Shown here: piece by piece, positions 10,888-20,350 of the stretch
Layout: every line of letters starts with the position of its first letter
Numbering within the stretch: the stretch's first letter is position 1
Origin: Candidatus Levyibacteriota bacterium
Lineage (GTDB): Bacteria; Patescibacteriota; Microgenomatia; Levybacterales; UBA12049
Length of the DNA stretch: 64,000 nucleotides
NCBI GenBank assembly: GCA_016204465.1
Contig: JACQKQ010000033.1
Location: forward strand, 858 to 64,857
Direction of reading: 5' to 3'
Program-made: the position numbers and the translations under genes
The notes under the pieces: generated by a model
Databases searched by the model: none
Seen by the model: only the letters and a program-made list of their open reading frames with translations
Told to the model about the DNA's origin: nothing

Positions 10888-11295
10888 ATGATGCATGTTT
10901 CACGAAGTGAAGATTACGCTCTCATTTTAGTTCAGTCGCTAACAAAGGCATATAAAAAACGGCTAATTCCTCTGTCTGAAATTGCTAAAAAACATAATCT
11001 TTCGTTACTTTTTTTGCGCAATATTGCAGCAAGTCTCAAGAGAGTGGGTTTTATTACTGCAATAGAGGGAAGAAAGGGGGGCTATAAGCTTCTTAAAGAT
11101 CCAAAATCTATTCAGTTGGGAAATATTATCGAAGCGTCATCAAAAAAAACATTTCTTTCTTGTTGTCAAAAAACAAAAGACGGCAAGTGCCAGGCAAAAA
11201 CATGTCCACATGGATTTTCGCTGCGACGATTGCAAAATCAATTTTTAGAACAAATTTATCATATAAAACTTTCAGAGATTACTAAAAATGCTTAA
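10888..11295 (+). CDS. Rrf2-family transcriptional regulator (IscR/SufR-like)
   Basis: DYAL, LSEIA, GRKGGYKL; C-terminal Cys cluster CC-x7-C-x4-C; heads the suf operon. Confidence 0.9.
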   Translation: MMHVSRSEDYALILVQSLTKAYKKRLIPLSEIAKKHNLSLLFLRNIAASLKRVGFITAIEGRKGGYKLLKDPKSIQLGNIIEASSKKTFLSCCQKTKDGKCQAKTCPHGFSLRRLQNQFLEQIYHIKLSEITKNA

Positions 11296-12022
11296 TATTC
11301 AAAATCTTCATGTAACAACGGAAGGCAAAGACATTCTAAAAGGTATTAATCTTTTAATAAAACCTGGCGAAGTGCATGCGATCATGGGGCCAAATGGCGC
11401 TGGAAAAACAACGCTTGCGATGAGCTTGATGGGAAACCCGAATTACCAGTTCAAAATGCAAAATGCAAAATTCAAAATTAACGATAAGAACATGTTCAAA
11501 TTAACTCCAGAGGAACGGGCGAGGGCTGGGCTTTTTGTTTCGTTTCAGCATCCGGTTAGCGTTATCGGTGTTTCAGTTTTGGCGTTTTTGCGTACTGCAT
11601 ACAAAGCGCTTCATCCGCAAAAACCTATTAAGCTTTCCGAGTTCAAGGAGACCGTAAAAAAGTCATTATTGCAAGTAGGTTTACCAGAAGATTTTATGCA
11701 GCGATCAATTAACGAAGGATTTTCTGGTGGAGAGAAAAAGCGCATGGAGATTGTTCAACTACTTGTTCTTAAACCAAGATATGCCATCCTTGATGAAATT
11801 GATTCAGGGCTTGATATTGATAGTCTTCGTATTATTGCCAAAGCTGTGGCAAAGATTGTTAAAAAACAAAAAATGGGGATTTTGCTTATCACCCATTACC
11901 AACGAATTCTCCATTACTTAAAGCCTGATTTCGTTCATGTTCTCAAAGAGGGAAAAATTGCAGCTTCTGACGGCATGGCACTTGTTACCAAAATTGAAAG
12001 GAAGGGTTATGCAACAATTTGA
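11288..12022 (+). CDS. sufC: Fe-S assembly ATPase SufC
   Basis: [46 protein letters not shown]. Confidence 0.96.
   Translation: MLNIQNLHVTTEGKDILKGINLLIKPGEVHAIMGPNGAGKTTLAMSLMGNPNYQFKMQNAKFKINDKNMFKLTPEERARAGLFVSFQHPVSVIGVSVLAFLRTAYKALHPQKPIKLSEFKETVKKSLLQVGLPEDFMQRSINEGFSGGEKKRMEIVQLLVLKPRYAILDEIDSGLDIDSLRIIAKAVAKIVKKQKMGILLITHYQRILHYLKPDFVHVLKEGKIAASDGMALVTKIERKGYATI
11450..11477 (+). repeat. In-frame heptamer array in sufC
   Basis: TTCAAAA TGCAAAA TGCAAAA TTCAAAA, encoding FKMQNAKFK. Confidence 0.85.
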
Positions 12023-13400
12023 TCTGTCAGGTTATGAATTTGGTTTTCACGACAATATAAAGCCTGTATTTGCAACGAAAAAAGGACTAACAAAAAAAAC
12101 TGTTGAAGAAATTTCGAATATAAAAAACGAGCCGCAATGGATGCAGGATTTTCGCCTTCGTGCCTTAGATATATTCTTTGCCAAAAAAATGCCGATGTGG
12201 GGCAGTGATTTGTCAAGAATTAATTTTGACAATATTTACTACTACGTAAAACCAACTGACAAGCAAGGGAGGACATGGGATGAAGTGCCAATAGAAATTA
12301 AAAATACTTTTGAAAAAATTGGCATTCCCCAAGCAGAGCGAAAGTTTTTGGCAGGCGTTGGCGCGCAGTATGACTCCGAAGTTATTTACCACAGTATCTC
12401 AAAAATGCTTTCAAAAAAAGGCGTTATTTTTGTTGATACGGATACCGCTATTCAAAAATATCCAGAGCTTGTTAAACAGTATTTCGGGAAGGTAATTCCT
12501 GCTGCAGACAATAAATTTGCTGCGCTGAACTCTGCGGTATGGAGTGGCGGATCATTTATTTATGTTCCAAAAGGCGTTCGTGTTGATCTTCCACTGCAAG
12601 CGTACTTTCGAATCAATGCCCGCAACATGGGACAGTTTGAACGAACACTGATTATTGCTGATGAGGGATCATACGTGTCATACATAGAAGGTTGCACGGC
12701 CCCGATTTTTACCACCAATTCGCTCCATGCTGCGGTTGTTGAAATTATAGTGAAAAAAGGCGCACGAGTGCGTTACACGACTGTGCAGAATTGGAGTAAG
12801 AATGTCTACAACCTTGTGACAAAACGAATGTTTATTGAGGAGGAAGGATTTGGCGAATGGATTGACGGTAATCTTGGTTCACAATTAACCATGAAATATC
12901 CATCGGTGTACTTAAAGGGCCGAAAGGCGCGAGGAGAAGTTCTCTCTTTAGCATTTGCAGGAAAAGGGCAGCATCAGGATGCGGGCGGAAAAGCAATCCA
13001 TTTAGCACCAGAAACAAGCTCCGTCATAACATCTAAATCAGTCAGTAAAGACGGCGGTCGTACCTCATATCGAGGCATGCTTAAGGTTGTTAAAGGAGCA
13101 GAAAACAGTAAGTCAACGGTTCGTTGCGATGCGCTTATCTTAGACGATAAGAGCCGTGCCGATACGTACCCGACAATGGATATTGACGAAGAACGAGTAA
13201 CGATTGGACACGAAGCATCAGTATCAAAAATCGGCGAAGAGCAACTTTTCTATTTCCAATCCCGCGGTATTTCCCAAGTACTGGCCGAAGTAATGATTGT
13301 GAATGGTTTTGTTGAGCCGATTGTTCGCGAGTTGCCCATGGAATATGCAGTAGAACTAAATCGACTAATTCAGCTTGAGATGACTGGAGCGGTCGGATAG
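12009..13400 (+). CDS. sufB: Fe-S scaffold SufB
   Basis: [56 protein letters not shown]. Confidence 0.97.
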   Translation: MQQFDLSGYEFGFHDNIKPVFATKKGLTKKTVEEISNIKNEPQWMQDFRLRALDIFFAKKMPMWGSDLSRINFDNIYYYVKPTDKQGRTWDEVPIEIKNTFEKIGIPQAERKFLAGVGAQYDSEVIYHSISKMLSKKGVIFVDTDTAIQKYPELVKQYFGKVIPAADNKFAALNSAVWSGGSFIYVPKGVRVDLPLQAYFRINARNMGQFERTLIIADEGSYVSYIEGCTAPIFTTNSLHAAVVEIIVKKGARVRYTTVQNWSKNVYNLVTKRMFIEEEGFGEWIDGNLGSQLTMKYPSVYLKGRKARGEVLSLAFAGKGQHQDAGGKAIHLAPETSSVITSKSVSKDGGRTSYRGMLKVVKGAENSKSTVRCDALILDDKSRADTYPTMDIDEERVTIGHEASVSKIGEEQLFYFQSRGISQVLAEVMIVNGFVEPIVRELPMEYAVELNRLIQLEMTGAVG

Positions 13401-13404
13401 GAAA

Positions 13405-13446
13405 TTAAAAAATCAAAAATTAAAAGGCAAAATGACATATGCAAAA
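13405..13446 (+). repeat. Heptamer array between sufB and sufD, running into the sufD start
   Basis: TTAAAAA ATCAAAA ATTAAAA GGCAAAA TGACATA TGCAAAA. Confidence 0.7.
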
Positions 13447-14008
13447 TATAGAAATTGTTATAAAAAAGAATGAAAATAAAGTTTTCCCCTTTGTTTGGAT
13501 CAATAGTGACGAAGAAGAGGTAGTAATTGATGCACGTTTGGTTGGGGAGGGGGCAAGACTTTCAATTATCGGAATTTTTGTCGGGGCTGACCAAAAACAT
13601 ATCACGTTTAATACAAACATCGTCCATGAAGCAAAAAATACATATAGCAGAACAACGCTTCGTGGAGTCTTTAAGGATCATAGTGTTTTTAGCAATGATG
13701 GATTAGTCCGAATCAACAAAGGCGCGAAAGGAGCGGATGGGTTTTTTGATTCAAAAGTACTGCTTTTCGATGATGCAAAAGGGCGAAGTGTTCCATCGCT
13801 TGAGATTGATGAAAACGAATTAAAAGCAGGTCATGCGTCAACCGTTGGCAGGCCGGATGCAGAGCAAATATTTTATTTACGAAGCAGAGGACTGTCCGAA
13901 GAAGAAGCAGAGAAGCTCATTGTTTCGGGGTTTTTTACACCTATTTTGAAACAATTCTCAAAAGATAAGCAACTACAATTATCAAAACGAATAGAAGAAA
14001 TGTTATGA
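13439..14008 (+). CDS. sufD: Short SufD (C-terminal beta-helix only)
   Basis: PSLEIDENELKAGHASTVG, FYLRSRGL, LIVSGFF. Confidence 0.88.
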   Translation: MQNIEIVIKKNENKVFPFVWINSDEEEVVIDARLVGEGARLSIIGIFVGADQKHITFNTNIVHEAKNTYSRTTLRGVFKDHSVFSNDGLVRINKGAKGADGFFDSKVLLFDDAKGRSVPSLEIDENELKAGHASTVGRPDAEQIFYLRSRGLSEEEAEKLIVSGFFTPILKQFSKDKQLQLSKRIEEML

Positions 14009-15225
14009 AAAACCATAAAAAAGATTTTCCTATTTTCCAAAACAATCCAGACCTCATTTATTTAGATTCTGCGGCAACGAGCCAAAAGCCAAGGGTCGTT
14101 TTGGATGCAATAAATGAGTATTATACTTCGTATAACGCAAACATAAAGCGGGGGATATACCCAATTGCGGAGAAAGCGACCGCAAAAGTGGAGGAAGTAA
14201 GAAAAAAAGTTGCGCAATTTATTAACGCGAAGTCTAAAGATGAGATTATTTTTGTCCGTAATGCGACAGAAGCAATTAATCTTGTCGCATACTCTCTTGC
14301 GAGCACATCCGCCAGCTGGCGGATTTCAAGAGGGGATACAATTGCGACAACTATTATGGAGCACCACTCAAATTTTGTACCTTGGCAACAACTCGCCATT
14401 CAAAAAAATGCTGATTTTCTAGTACTGGATATCGATCAGAATTTCAAATTTCAAATATCAAATTTCAAATATCAAATAAAAAACGCCAAAATTTTGGCAA
14501 TAACGCACGTCTCCAATGTTCTTGGCACAATAAATCCGCTCAAAAAAATGATCAATGATTTACGAACAGTGAACGCTGATCTCATCATTCTTGTTGATGC
14601 GGCGCAGTCGGTGCCGCATATGAGCGTTGATGTGCAGGATTTGGATTGCGATTTTTTGGTGTTTTCAGGGCACAAAATGATGGCGGCAACAGGGATCGGT
14701 GTTCTTTACGGCAAGAAAACGCTGCTTTCAAAAATGCAGCCGTTTTTGTACGGCGGTGAAATGATTCGCGAAGTAACTATTCAAAATACGTCATTTGCAA
14801 AGCTTCCACACAAATTTGAGGCTGGAACGCCGGATATTGCTGGCATTGTAAGCTTAGGCGCTGCAATTGAGTACTTAAATAGTACGGGTATAGAAAATGT
14901 TCTAAAACACGAGATTATGCTCATAAAATATGCATTAGAGCAATTAAAAAATATGCAAGAACTCACTATTTACGGATCTACAAATGCTCGTAAGCGAGGG
15001 GGGGTAATATCGTTCAATCTCAAAGGAATTCACCCTCACGACGTTGCGCAAATTTTAGGAGAAATGGAAATTTGTATTCGCGCCGGCCACCACTGCGCAA
15101 TGCCTTTGCACAACCGCTTAGGAATTCCGGCATCCGCGCGCATTAGTTTCTATATTTACAATGAAGAGCAAGATATAGATAAATTTGTTAATGGATTACA
15201 AAAGGTTCAAAAAATGTTTAGATAA
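14005..15225 (+). CDS. sufS: Cysteine desulfurase SufS
   Basis: YLDSAATSQKP, EHHSNFVPWQ, VDAAQS, FSGHKM, FEAGTP, RAGHHCA. Confidence 0.96.
   Translation: MKNHKKDFPIFQNNPDLIYLDSAATSQKPRVVLDAINEYYTSYNANIKRGIYPIAEKATAKVEEVRKKVAQFINAKSKDEIIFVRNATEAINLVAYSLASTSASWRISRGDTIATTIMEHHSNFVPWQQLAIQKNADFLVLDIDQNFKFQISNFKYQIKNAKILAITHVSNVLGTINPLKKMINDLRTVNADLIILVDAAQSVPHMSVDVQDLDCDFLVFSGHKMMAATGIGVLYGKKTLLSKMQPFLYGGEMIREVTIQNTSFAKLPHKFEAGTPDIAGIVSLGAAIEYLNSTGIENVLKHEIMLIKYALEQLKNMQELTIYGSTNARKRGGVISFNLKGIHPHDVAQILGEMEICIRAGHHCAMPLHNRLGIPASARISFYIYNEEQDIDKFVNGLQKVQKMFR
14307..14324. repeat. 18-bp perfect palindrome inside sufS
   Basis: ATCCGCCAGCTGGCGGAT, encoding SASWR. Confidence 0.8.
14441..14478 (+). 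repeat. In-frame heptamer array in sufS
   Basis: ATTTCAA ATTTCAA ATATCAA ATTTCAA ATATCAA ATA. Confidence 0.9.
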
Positions 15226-15231
15226 AAGATT

Positions 15232-15612
15232 ATGGATTTTTCGAAGATATACAGAGAAGAAATTTTGGAGCACTATAAAGAGCCGCTGAATTTTGGAACA
15301 CTCGAAGATTTTGATATGACATCGCGACAGTTTAATCCTTTTTGCGGCGATGAGATTGTGATCTTCGTTACATTTCAGAATGATAAAATTAGCGATATTC
15401 GATTTCAGGGAAAAGGGTGCGCAATAAGTGTTGCCGCGGCGTCAATGCTTACCGAACACGCAAAAGGAAGATCGAAAGAGGAGTTGACAAAATTTACAGA
15501 AGACGATATGCTAAGCCTAATTGGGATAGATGTTTCAGAGACCCGTAAGAAGTGTGTGTTTTTAGCGTTGGGAGTGTTAAAAGATTGTTTAGTGCAAAAT
15601 GCAAAATTTTAA
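15232..15612 (+). CDS. sufU: SufU/IscU-like scaffold or sulfur acceptor
   Basis: ILEHYKEP, NPFCGD, GCAISVAAAS, RKKC. Confidence 0.92.
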   Translation: MDFSKIYREEILEHYKEPLNFGTLEDFDMTSRQFNPFCGDEIVIFVTFQNDKISDIRFQGKGCAISVAAASMLTEHAKGRSKEELTKFTEDDMLSLIGIDVSETRKKCVFLALGVLKDCLVQNAKF

Positions 15613-15658
15613 TTTTTATTTGTATTTTTGATTTTTAATATTTAATTTTTGATTTTTT
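15593..15658. repeat. Head-to-head heptamer arrays at the end of sufU
   Basis: TGCAAAA TGCAAAA followed by reverse-oriented TTTGATT/TTTAATA/TTTAATT/TTTGATT units. Confidence 0.65.
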
Positions 15659-15663
15659 TTACT

Positions 15664-15936
15664 ATGGCATTAAAAGTAAAAGTTGATCGAAATTTGTGCA
15701 TTGGAGCAGCCTCTTGTGTTGCAGTTGCACCAAATACGTTTGAGCTTGACAGCGAAGGCAAGGCAGTGATTAAGAAAAAGGACGGTACGACTACCTCTGA
15801 TTTTGTCAATTATAGTGAGATTAACGACAACGAAACTAACATTGAACACGCTGCAAAATCGTGCCCTGTGAATGCAATTATCATTGTTGAGGTGGATGAG
15901 CAAGGTAATGAAGTCCGCCAAGTCTGGCCTTCCTAA
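15664..15936 (+). CDS. Single-cluster ferredoxin, probably [3Fe-4S]
   Basis: VDRNLCIGAASCVAVAP...AAKSCPVNAI. Confidence 0.9.
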   Translation: MALKVKVDRNLCIGAASCVAVAPNTFELDSEGKAVIKKKDGTTTSDFVNYSEINDNETNIEHAAKSCPVNAIIIVEVDEQGNEVRQVWPS

Positions 15937-16031
15937 TCATGGCGTGCGCTTTGGTCGCCCACAAAAATTTTCTTGTCTTTTTGCTCGGGTCCTGTCTACT
16001 TGCTCCTCGAAAAATGTGGTAAAATAGAAGT

Positions 16032-17771
16032 GTGAGCGATATTCAGTGGTTGATTGGTGGCGAGGCAGGGTACGGCATCATGACAACAGGGGTTATGATG
16101 TCGAAAATCTTTACCCGTTTGGGATTTTCGGTGTTTGATTATGTCGAGTATCCGTCGCTTATTCGCGGTGGACATAATGCATACTATGTTCGAGGTTCTG
16201 ACGAACAAATCTACTCACAAAAACAGCCGGTTGATATTTTGGTCGCACTCAACAGAGAAACAATTGATAAACACAAGCACGAACTAACTCCCGCTGCCAA
16301 AGTCGTGTTCGATCCAAACTTCACAAAGGTAGAGGCGAATGAATTCCCTGCTGGCATTGTTCAAATCCCTGTTCCTTTTTTAGAAATCACAAAGCAACTA
16401 AATGTTGATAGGCTTATGATCAACACCGTTGCTGTTGGTGCGTCCTTAGCGCTTTTTTACAATGATTACGCAGTTCTAGAGAAAATTATGCGGGATGTAT
16501 TTGGCAGAAAAGGGGAAAAAGTAGTTTCGGAAAATGTGAATACATCGAAAGCTGGGTTTGATTATGTACTCAAAAACTTTGCTTTAGCATGCACGTCGGT
16601 TGCAAAAAAACAGCAAGAAAACTTACTTTTGGGTGGTTCTGAAGCAATTGCCTTAGGCGCAATAAGGGCGGGGCTTAAATTTGCAGCAATTTATCCTATG
16701 ACACCTATTAATGGCGTTTTGACAACGCTTGCAGCGTATGCGCTCAAGTACAACATTATTGTTAAAGAACCGGAAGATGAGATTGCCGGTATAAATATGG
16801 CAATTGGCGCGTCGTTTGCAGGCGTTAGAAGTATGGCAGCAACAAGCGGCGGCGGATTTTCATTAATGGTAGAAGGTTTAGGGCTTGCTGCCCAAACAGA
16901 AGTGCCGTTAGTTGTTATAGAAGGGATGCGGCCGGGGCCGGCAACCGGTATGCCAACGTGGACAGAGCAAGGTGATCTTCGCTTTGTCTTGCACGCAGCG
17001 CAGGGAGATTTTCCAAGAATTGTTGTTGCTCCGGGAGATATTTTTGAAGAGTTTACTTTTACAATGGACGCGTTTAATCTGGCTGAAAAATACCAATTGC
17101 CGGTTATTGTTCTAACAGATAAATATCTTAACGAAGGTCATGCAACAATTAAAAGCGAAGAGCTAAAAGCGAAAAGCGAAAAATATGTAATTCAGCGAGG
17201 GAAAATGCTCACAGATCAAGAACTCGCTAGTCAAACAGATTATAAACGATATGCATTTGTCGAAGATGGCATATCGCCTCGAAGTTTGCCAGGCCAGCAA
17301 GGTGGAATCGGGCTTACTGGTTCCGATGAGCACGATGAGCACGGGCTTTACAACGAAGAATCAGAAGTACGTATTAAAATGATGGATAAGCGGTTTAAAA
17401 AATTAGAAATGGCAACTGCAGAAATTTCTCAACCAGTAATGCACGGTTCAAAAGAAGCGCCATTGACTATTTTTGCTTTTGGCTCAACAAAATTACCACT
17501 TCTTGAAGCAATGCAGTGGCTTGCAAAAGAAAATATTTTGGTAAACTTTGTTCAAGTAGTATTCATTTCGCCATTCCCAACAGAGTACGTAGCCAAAGCG
17601 ATACAATCTGCAAAAAAGACAATGGTAATTGAAGGCAATAAAACAGGCCAATTTGAAGGGTTAATTAGAGAGTATACAGGTTTATCAGTCAATCACCATT
17701 TCCGAAAATACGACGGCCGGCCGTTTTACCCAGAAGAAATCGTTGCGAAAGTGAAGGAGGTTTTGAAGTAA
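16032..17771 (+). CDS. korA: 2-oxoacid:ferredoxin oxidoreductase alpha subunit (gamma-alpha fusion)
   Basis: GGEAGYGI, PSLIRGGHN, YPMTP, EDEIAG, ATSGGGFSLM, RPGPATGMPT, KYDGRPF. Confidence 0.93.
   Translation: MSDIQWLIGGEAGYGIMTTGVMMSKIFTRLGFSVFDYVEYPSLIRGGHNAYYVRGSDEQIYSQKQPVDILVALNRETIDKHKHELTPAAKVVFDPNFTKVEANEFPAGIVQIPVPFLEITKQLNVDRLMINTVAVGASLALFYNDYAVLEKIMRDVFGRKGEKVVSENVNTSKAGFDYVLKNFALACTSVAKKQQENLLLGGSEAIALGAIRAGLKFAAIYPMTPINGVLTTLAAYALKYNIIVKEPEDEIAGINMAIGASFAGVRSMAATSGGGFSLMVEGLGLAAQTEVPLVVIEGMRPGPATGMPTWTEQGDLRFVLHAAQGDFPRIVVAPGDIFEEFTFTMDAFNLAEKYQLPVIVLTDKYLNEGHATIKSEELKAKSEKYVIQRGKMLTDQELASQTDYKRYAFVEDGISPRSLPGQQGGIGLTGSDEHDEHGLYNEESEVRIKMMDKRFKKLEMATAEISQPVMHGSKEAPLTIFAFGSTKLPLLEAMQWLAKENILVNFVQVVFISPFPTEYVAKAIQSAKKTMVIEGNKTGQFEGLIREYTGLSVNHHFRKYDGRPFYPEEIVAKVKEVLK
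17151..17178 (+). repeat. In-frame heptamer array in korA
   Basis: AAAAGCG AAGAGCT AAAAGCG AAAAGCG, encoding KSEELKAKSE. Confidence 0.75.
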
Positions 17772-19762
17772 TGCCAACGACATTAAAAGATTTAGAGATT
17801 ACCTACGACAAGCCAAACTGGTGTCCGGGGTGTGTTGTGCCAAACACGTTTATTCAAACAAACCCGTCTGCGACGCTTGTTGCAAATATCAAAAAAAACG
17901 ATAAAGTAATTGCAAGCGATGGTAAGACCCATGTCGTAACAGAAACGATGAGCCACATACACAACGGCGTTGTGTACCAATTAGTCTCAAAGTACTTTGG
18001 AGAAACGACGCTAACCCAAGAACATCCAGTACTTGCTGTTCGGCGAAAATATCGTAAGTTGCAAAATATTGAGTTTAAGTCCGAATGGATTGAGGCAGGA
18101 GAACTTCAAGCTGGAGATTACCTTCTTTATCCAATCCTAAAAGAGACAAGAAACATTCAGACAATAAACCTTTCGTACGTTAGAAAAACAAAAGATACCA
18201 AGGGCAAGATACTCCCAAAACAAATTGTTCTTTCCAATAGCTTTTTGCGCCTCTGCGGTTATTATATTGCCGAAGGATATGTCCACAGACGATCTATCAA
18301 TCTTACCTTCCATATAAAAGAGCAAGAGTATGCAGACGATGTTATACAAATTATGGAAGAAATCTTTAATCTTTCTAGTAAAAAAGTTTTAAGAAAAGGC
18401 AAACAAACCGTCGACCTATCTTTTAATTCTTCCTATCTTTCCGAGTTTTTTGAAGAATGGTTTGGTAAAGGAGCTATTGCGAAAAAAATTCCTGATTTCT
18501 TAATGTTTTTGCCAAAAGAAAAGCAAGGAGAGCTTATAAAAGGATTATGGCGAGGGGATGGCTGGGTAAGCCAGAAAACACATAGGGCAAGTTTTAAAAC
18601 AATTTCTAAAGTTTTATGCGAGCAAGTAAAAGTCCTGCTTCTTCGCTTTGGTATTTTACCAATAATAAGTGTCTACAAAGCCTATGGCATGCATAAAATG
18701 TCGTATGCAATACAACTAAGAGATCCATACGACTTTTCTCTTCTTGCCAAAATTTTAAGCATGGAAGACAACATAGTTGTCGCTTCAAGAACAAGAAATC
18801 TCATAACTTCTGATTTTGCGTTTCTACCAATTAAAAAAATTGAAAAGAAAAAATATAAAGGACCGGTCTATAACATGGAAGTTGAAACAGAAAATGCCTA
18901 TGTTTCCGAGAATGCAATTTTGCACAATTGCGGCGATTTCGGCGTGTGGGTATCAATAAAAAACGCCATTGTGCAACTTGGCCTTAACCCATGGGAGGTG
19001 GTACTTGTGTCTGGTATTGGCTGTTCAGGGAAATTGCCCTATTGGGTAAAAACGTACGGATTCAATGGTTTGCATGGTAGGCCAATGCCGCCGGCCGAGG
19101 CGATCAAGCTTGCAAACCACGGCTTAACAGTAATTGTTATTGGCGGTGACGGCGATCAATACAGTGAAGGCGCAAATCACCTCATCCATGCGATGCGCCG
19201 CAATATTAATATCACACTTATTGTTCACAATAATCAAATCTACGGTCTCACAACCGGCCAGTATTCGCCAACTACCGACATTGGAGAGAAAAACAAAACA
19301 ACACCCGTGCCAACGGTTGAGGCGCCGGTGAATCCAATGTCTTTGGCTCTTGCAGCAGGAGCTACGTTTGTCGCGCGTGGGTTTGCTGGAGATAACAAGC
19401 AAGAAACAGAGCTTATTGTTGCTGGTATCAAACATAAAGGGTTTTCGATTATTGACACCATGCAGCCGTGCGTTACATTTAACCACAAAAACACCTTTTC
19501 ATGGTTTTATGAGCGCGTCTACAAAGTAGAAGCGCAAGGACATGATCCAAAAAACAAACAAAAAGCGTTTGCGTTGGCCGAACAATGGCCGCTGCGTGCA
19601 CCACTCAAAGAAGGCGAAAAAGAACATATTCCAACGGGCATTCTTTTTCAAGAAGATCGTCCAACATGGGAAGACGGCATTCCGCAAATTAGCCAAACGC
19701 CGCTTGTGAAACAGCCGCTTCAAAACATTGACATTTTACCAATCCTCAAAGACTTAGCATAA
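17771..19762 (+). CDS. korB: 2-oxoacid:ferredoxin oxidoreductase beta subunit, intein-containing
   Basis: WCPG|intein|CGDFG, SGIGCSG, LHGR, GGDGD...NNQIYGLTTGQ TPP motif, QPCVTFN. Confidence 0.93.
   Translation: MPTTLKDLEITYDKPNWCPGCVVPNTFIQTNPSATLVANIKKNDKVIASDGKTHVVTETMSHIHNGVVYQLVSKYFGETTLTQEHPVLAVRRKYRKLQNIEFKSEWIEAGELQAGDYLLYPILKETRNIQTINLSYVRKTKDTKGKILPKQIVLSNSFLRLCGYYIAEGYVHRRSINLTFHIKEQEYADDVIQIMEEIFNLSSKKVLRKGKQTVDLSFNSSYLSEFFEEWFGKGAIAKKIPDFLMFLPKEKQGELIKGLWRGDGWVSQKTHRASFKTISKVLCEQVKVLLLRFGILPIISVYKAYGMHKMSYAIQLRDPYDFSLLAKILSMEDNIVVASRTRNLITSDFAFLPIKKIEKKKYKGPVYNMEVETENAYVSENAILHNCGDFGVWVSIKNAIVQLGLNPWEVVLVSGIGCSGKLPYWVKTYGFNGLHGRPMPPAEAIKLANHGLTVIVIGGDGDQYSEGANHLIHAMRRNINITLIVHNNQIYGLTTGQYSPTTDIGEKNKTTPVPTVEAPVNPMSLALAAGATFVARGFAGDNKQETELIVAGIKHKGFSIIDTMQPCVTFNHKNTFSWFYERVYKVEAQGHDPKNKQKAFALAEQWPLRAPLKEGEKEHIPTGILFQEDRPTWEDGIPQISQTPLVKQPLQNIDILPILKDLA
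17831..18928 (+). mobile_element. Intein (366 aa) with LAGLIDADG homing endonuclease
   Basis: Starts with Cys (CVVPNT); block B TQEHP; LAGLIDADG-like LCGYYIAEG and IKGLWRGDG; block F VYNMEV; ends ILHN before the +1 Cys. Removal restores WCPGCGD. Confidence 0.95.
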
Positions 19763-19793
19763 AAATCCCCCACGTTTCGTGAGGGATTTTTTA
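19761..19793. terminator. Bidirectional intrinsic terminator
   Basis: AAAAATCCC-CCACGTTTCGTGA-GGGATTTTTT between convergent genes. Confidence 0.8.
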
Positions 19794-19836
19794 TGTCTTG
19801 AAGACAAATTTTTCCGATCGATCGGATCTTCAAGTA

Positions 19837-19980
19837 TTAGGCTGCTCCAATCTTATACATACCTGTGCCGCAGACTGGACACTTGCCTTTCATTGCCGGT
19901 TTACCATTTTTCATGGTAACTTTTACGGCATTTGGATCGTCTCGTTTTGCTCGACATTTCACGCAATACATGGATGCCAT
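19837..19980 (-). CDS. 47-aa zinc-ribbon protein (DUF5679-like), below the ORF-track cutoff
   Basis: MASMYCVKCRAKRDDPNAVKVTMKNGKPAMKGKCPVCGTGMYKIGAA; strong SD GGGGGTGA upstream. Confidence 0.88.
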   Translation of the reverse strand: MASMYCVKCRAKRDDPNAVKVTMKNGKPAMKGKCPVCGTGMYKIGAA

Positions 19981-20001
19981 GCTATACTTCACCCCCTTCC
20001 G

Positions 20002-20286
20002 TTAATAGCTCACCATCGGGATAGTAATAACTTGTTTGACGTGTAGGAAAAACAATAGTGTCTCAACGCCGACAATTGTAGCAGTAACAAGCAAAGTCTT
20101 TCGAAGGTCGGACAAGAGAAACGAAGATGTATACGTTTCTTCTATGTAGGAAAATGTTGCACCGGTATGCAGTTTTTTTGTAGCTTGCGTTAATGTAGGC
20201 GGCGGTTGTTGCAAAGGTTGCAAACCAACTCTTCGGCGAAGATCTGCAATAATTTTTTGTTGTCGAGTTTTTTTTGTCTTACTCAT
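20002..20286 (-). CDS. Hypothetical protein, basic N-terminus and C-terminal TM helix
   Basis: KKTRQQKIIADLRR...SDLRKTLL followed by a hydrophobic helix. Confidence 0.7.
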   Translation of the reverse strand: MSKTKKTRQQKIIADLRRRVGLQPLQQPPPTLTQATKKLHTGATFSYIEETYTSSFLLSDLRKTLLVTATIVGVETLLFFLHVKQVITIPMVSY

Positions 20287-20350
20287 CGCAATAAGGCAAA
20301 GATTACACTATTGACATAACTTGTGTCAAGAGGCTAATATAAAAATCACA

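Noticed and set aside
19813-19826. Palindrome TCCGATCGATCGGA
   Set aside because: Single copy in a convergent spacer next to a terminator; nothing further supports a function.
19798-20046. 82-aa plus-strand ORF
   Set aside because: It is the antisense shadow of the zinc-ribbon gene, which has the SD and recognisable motifs.
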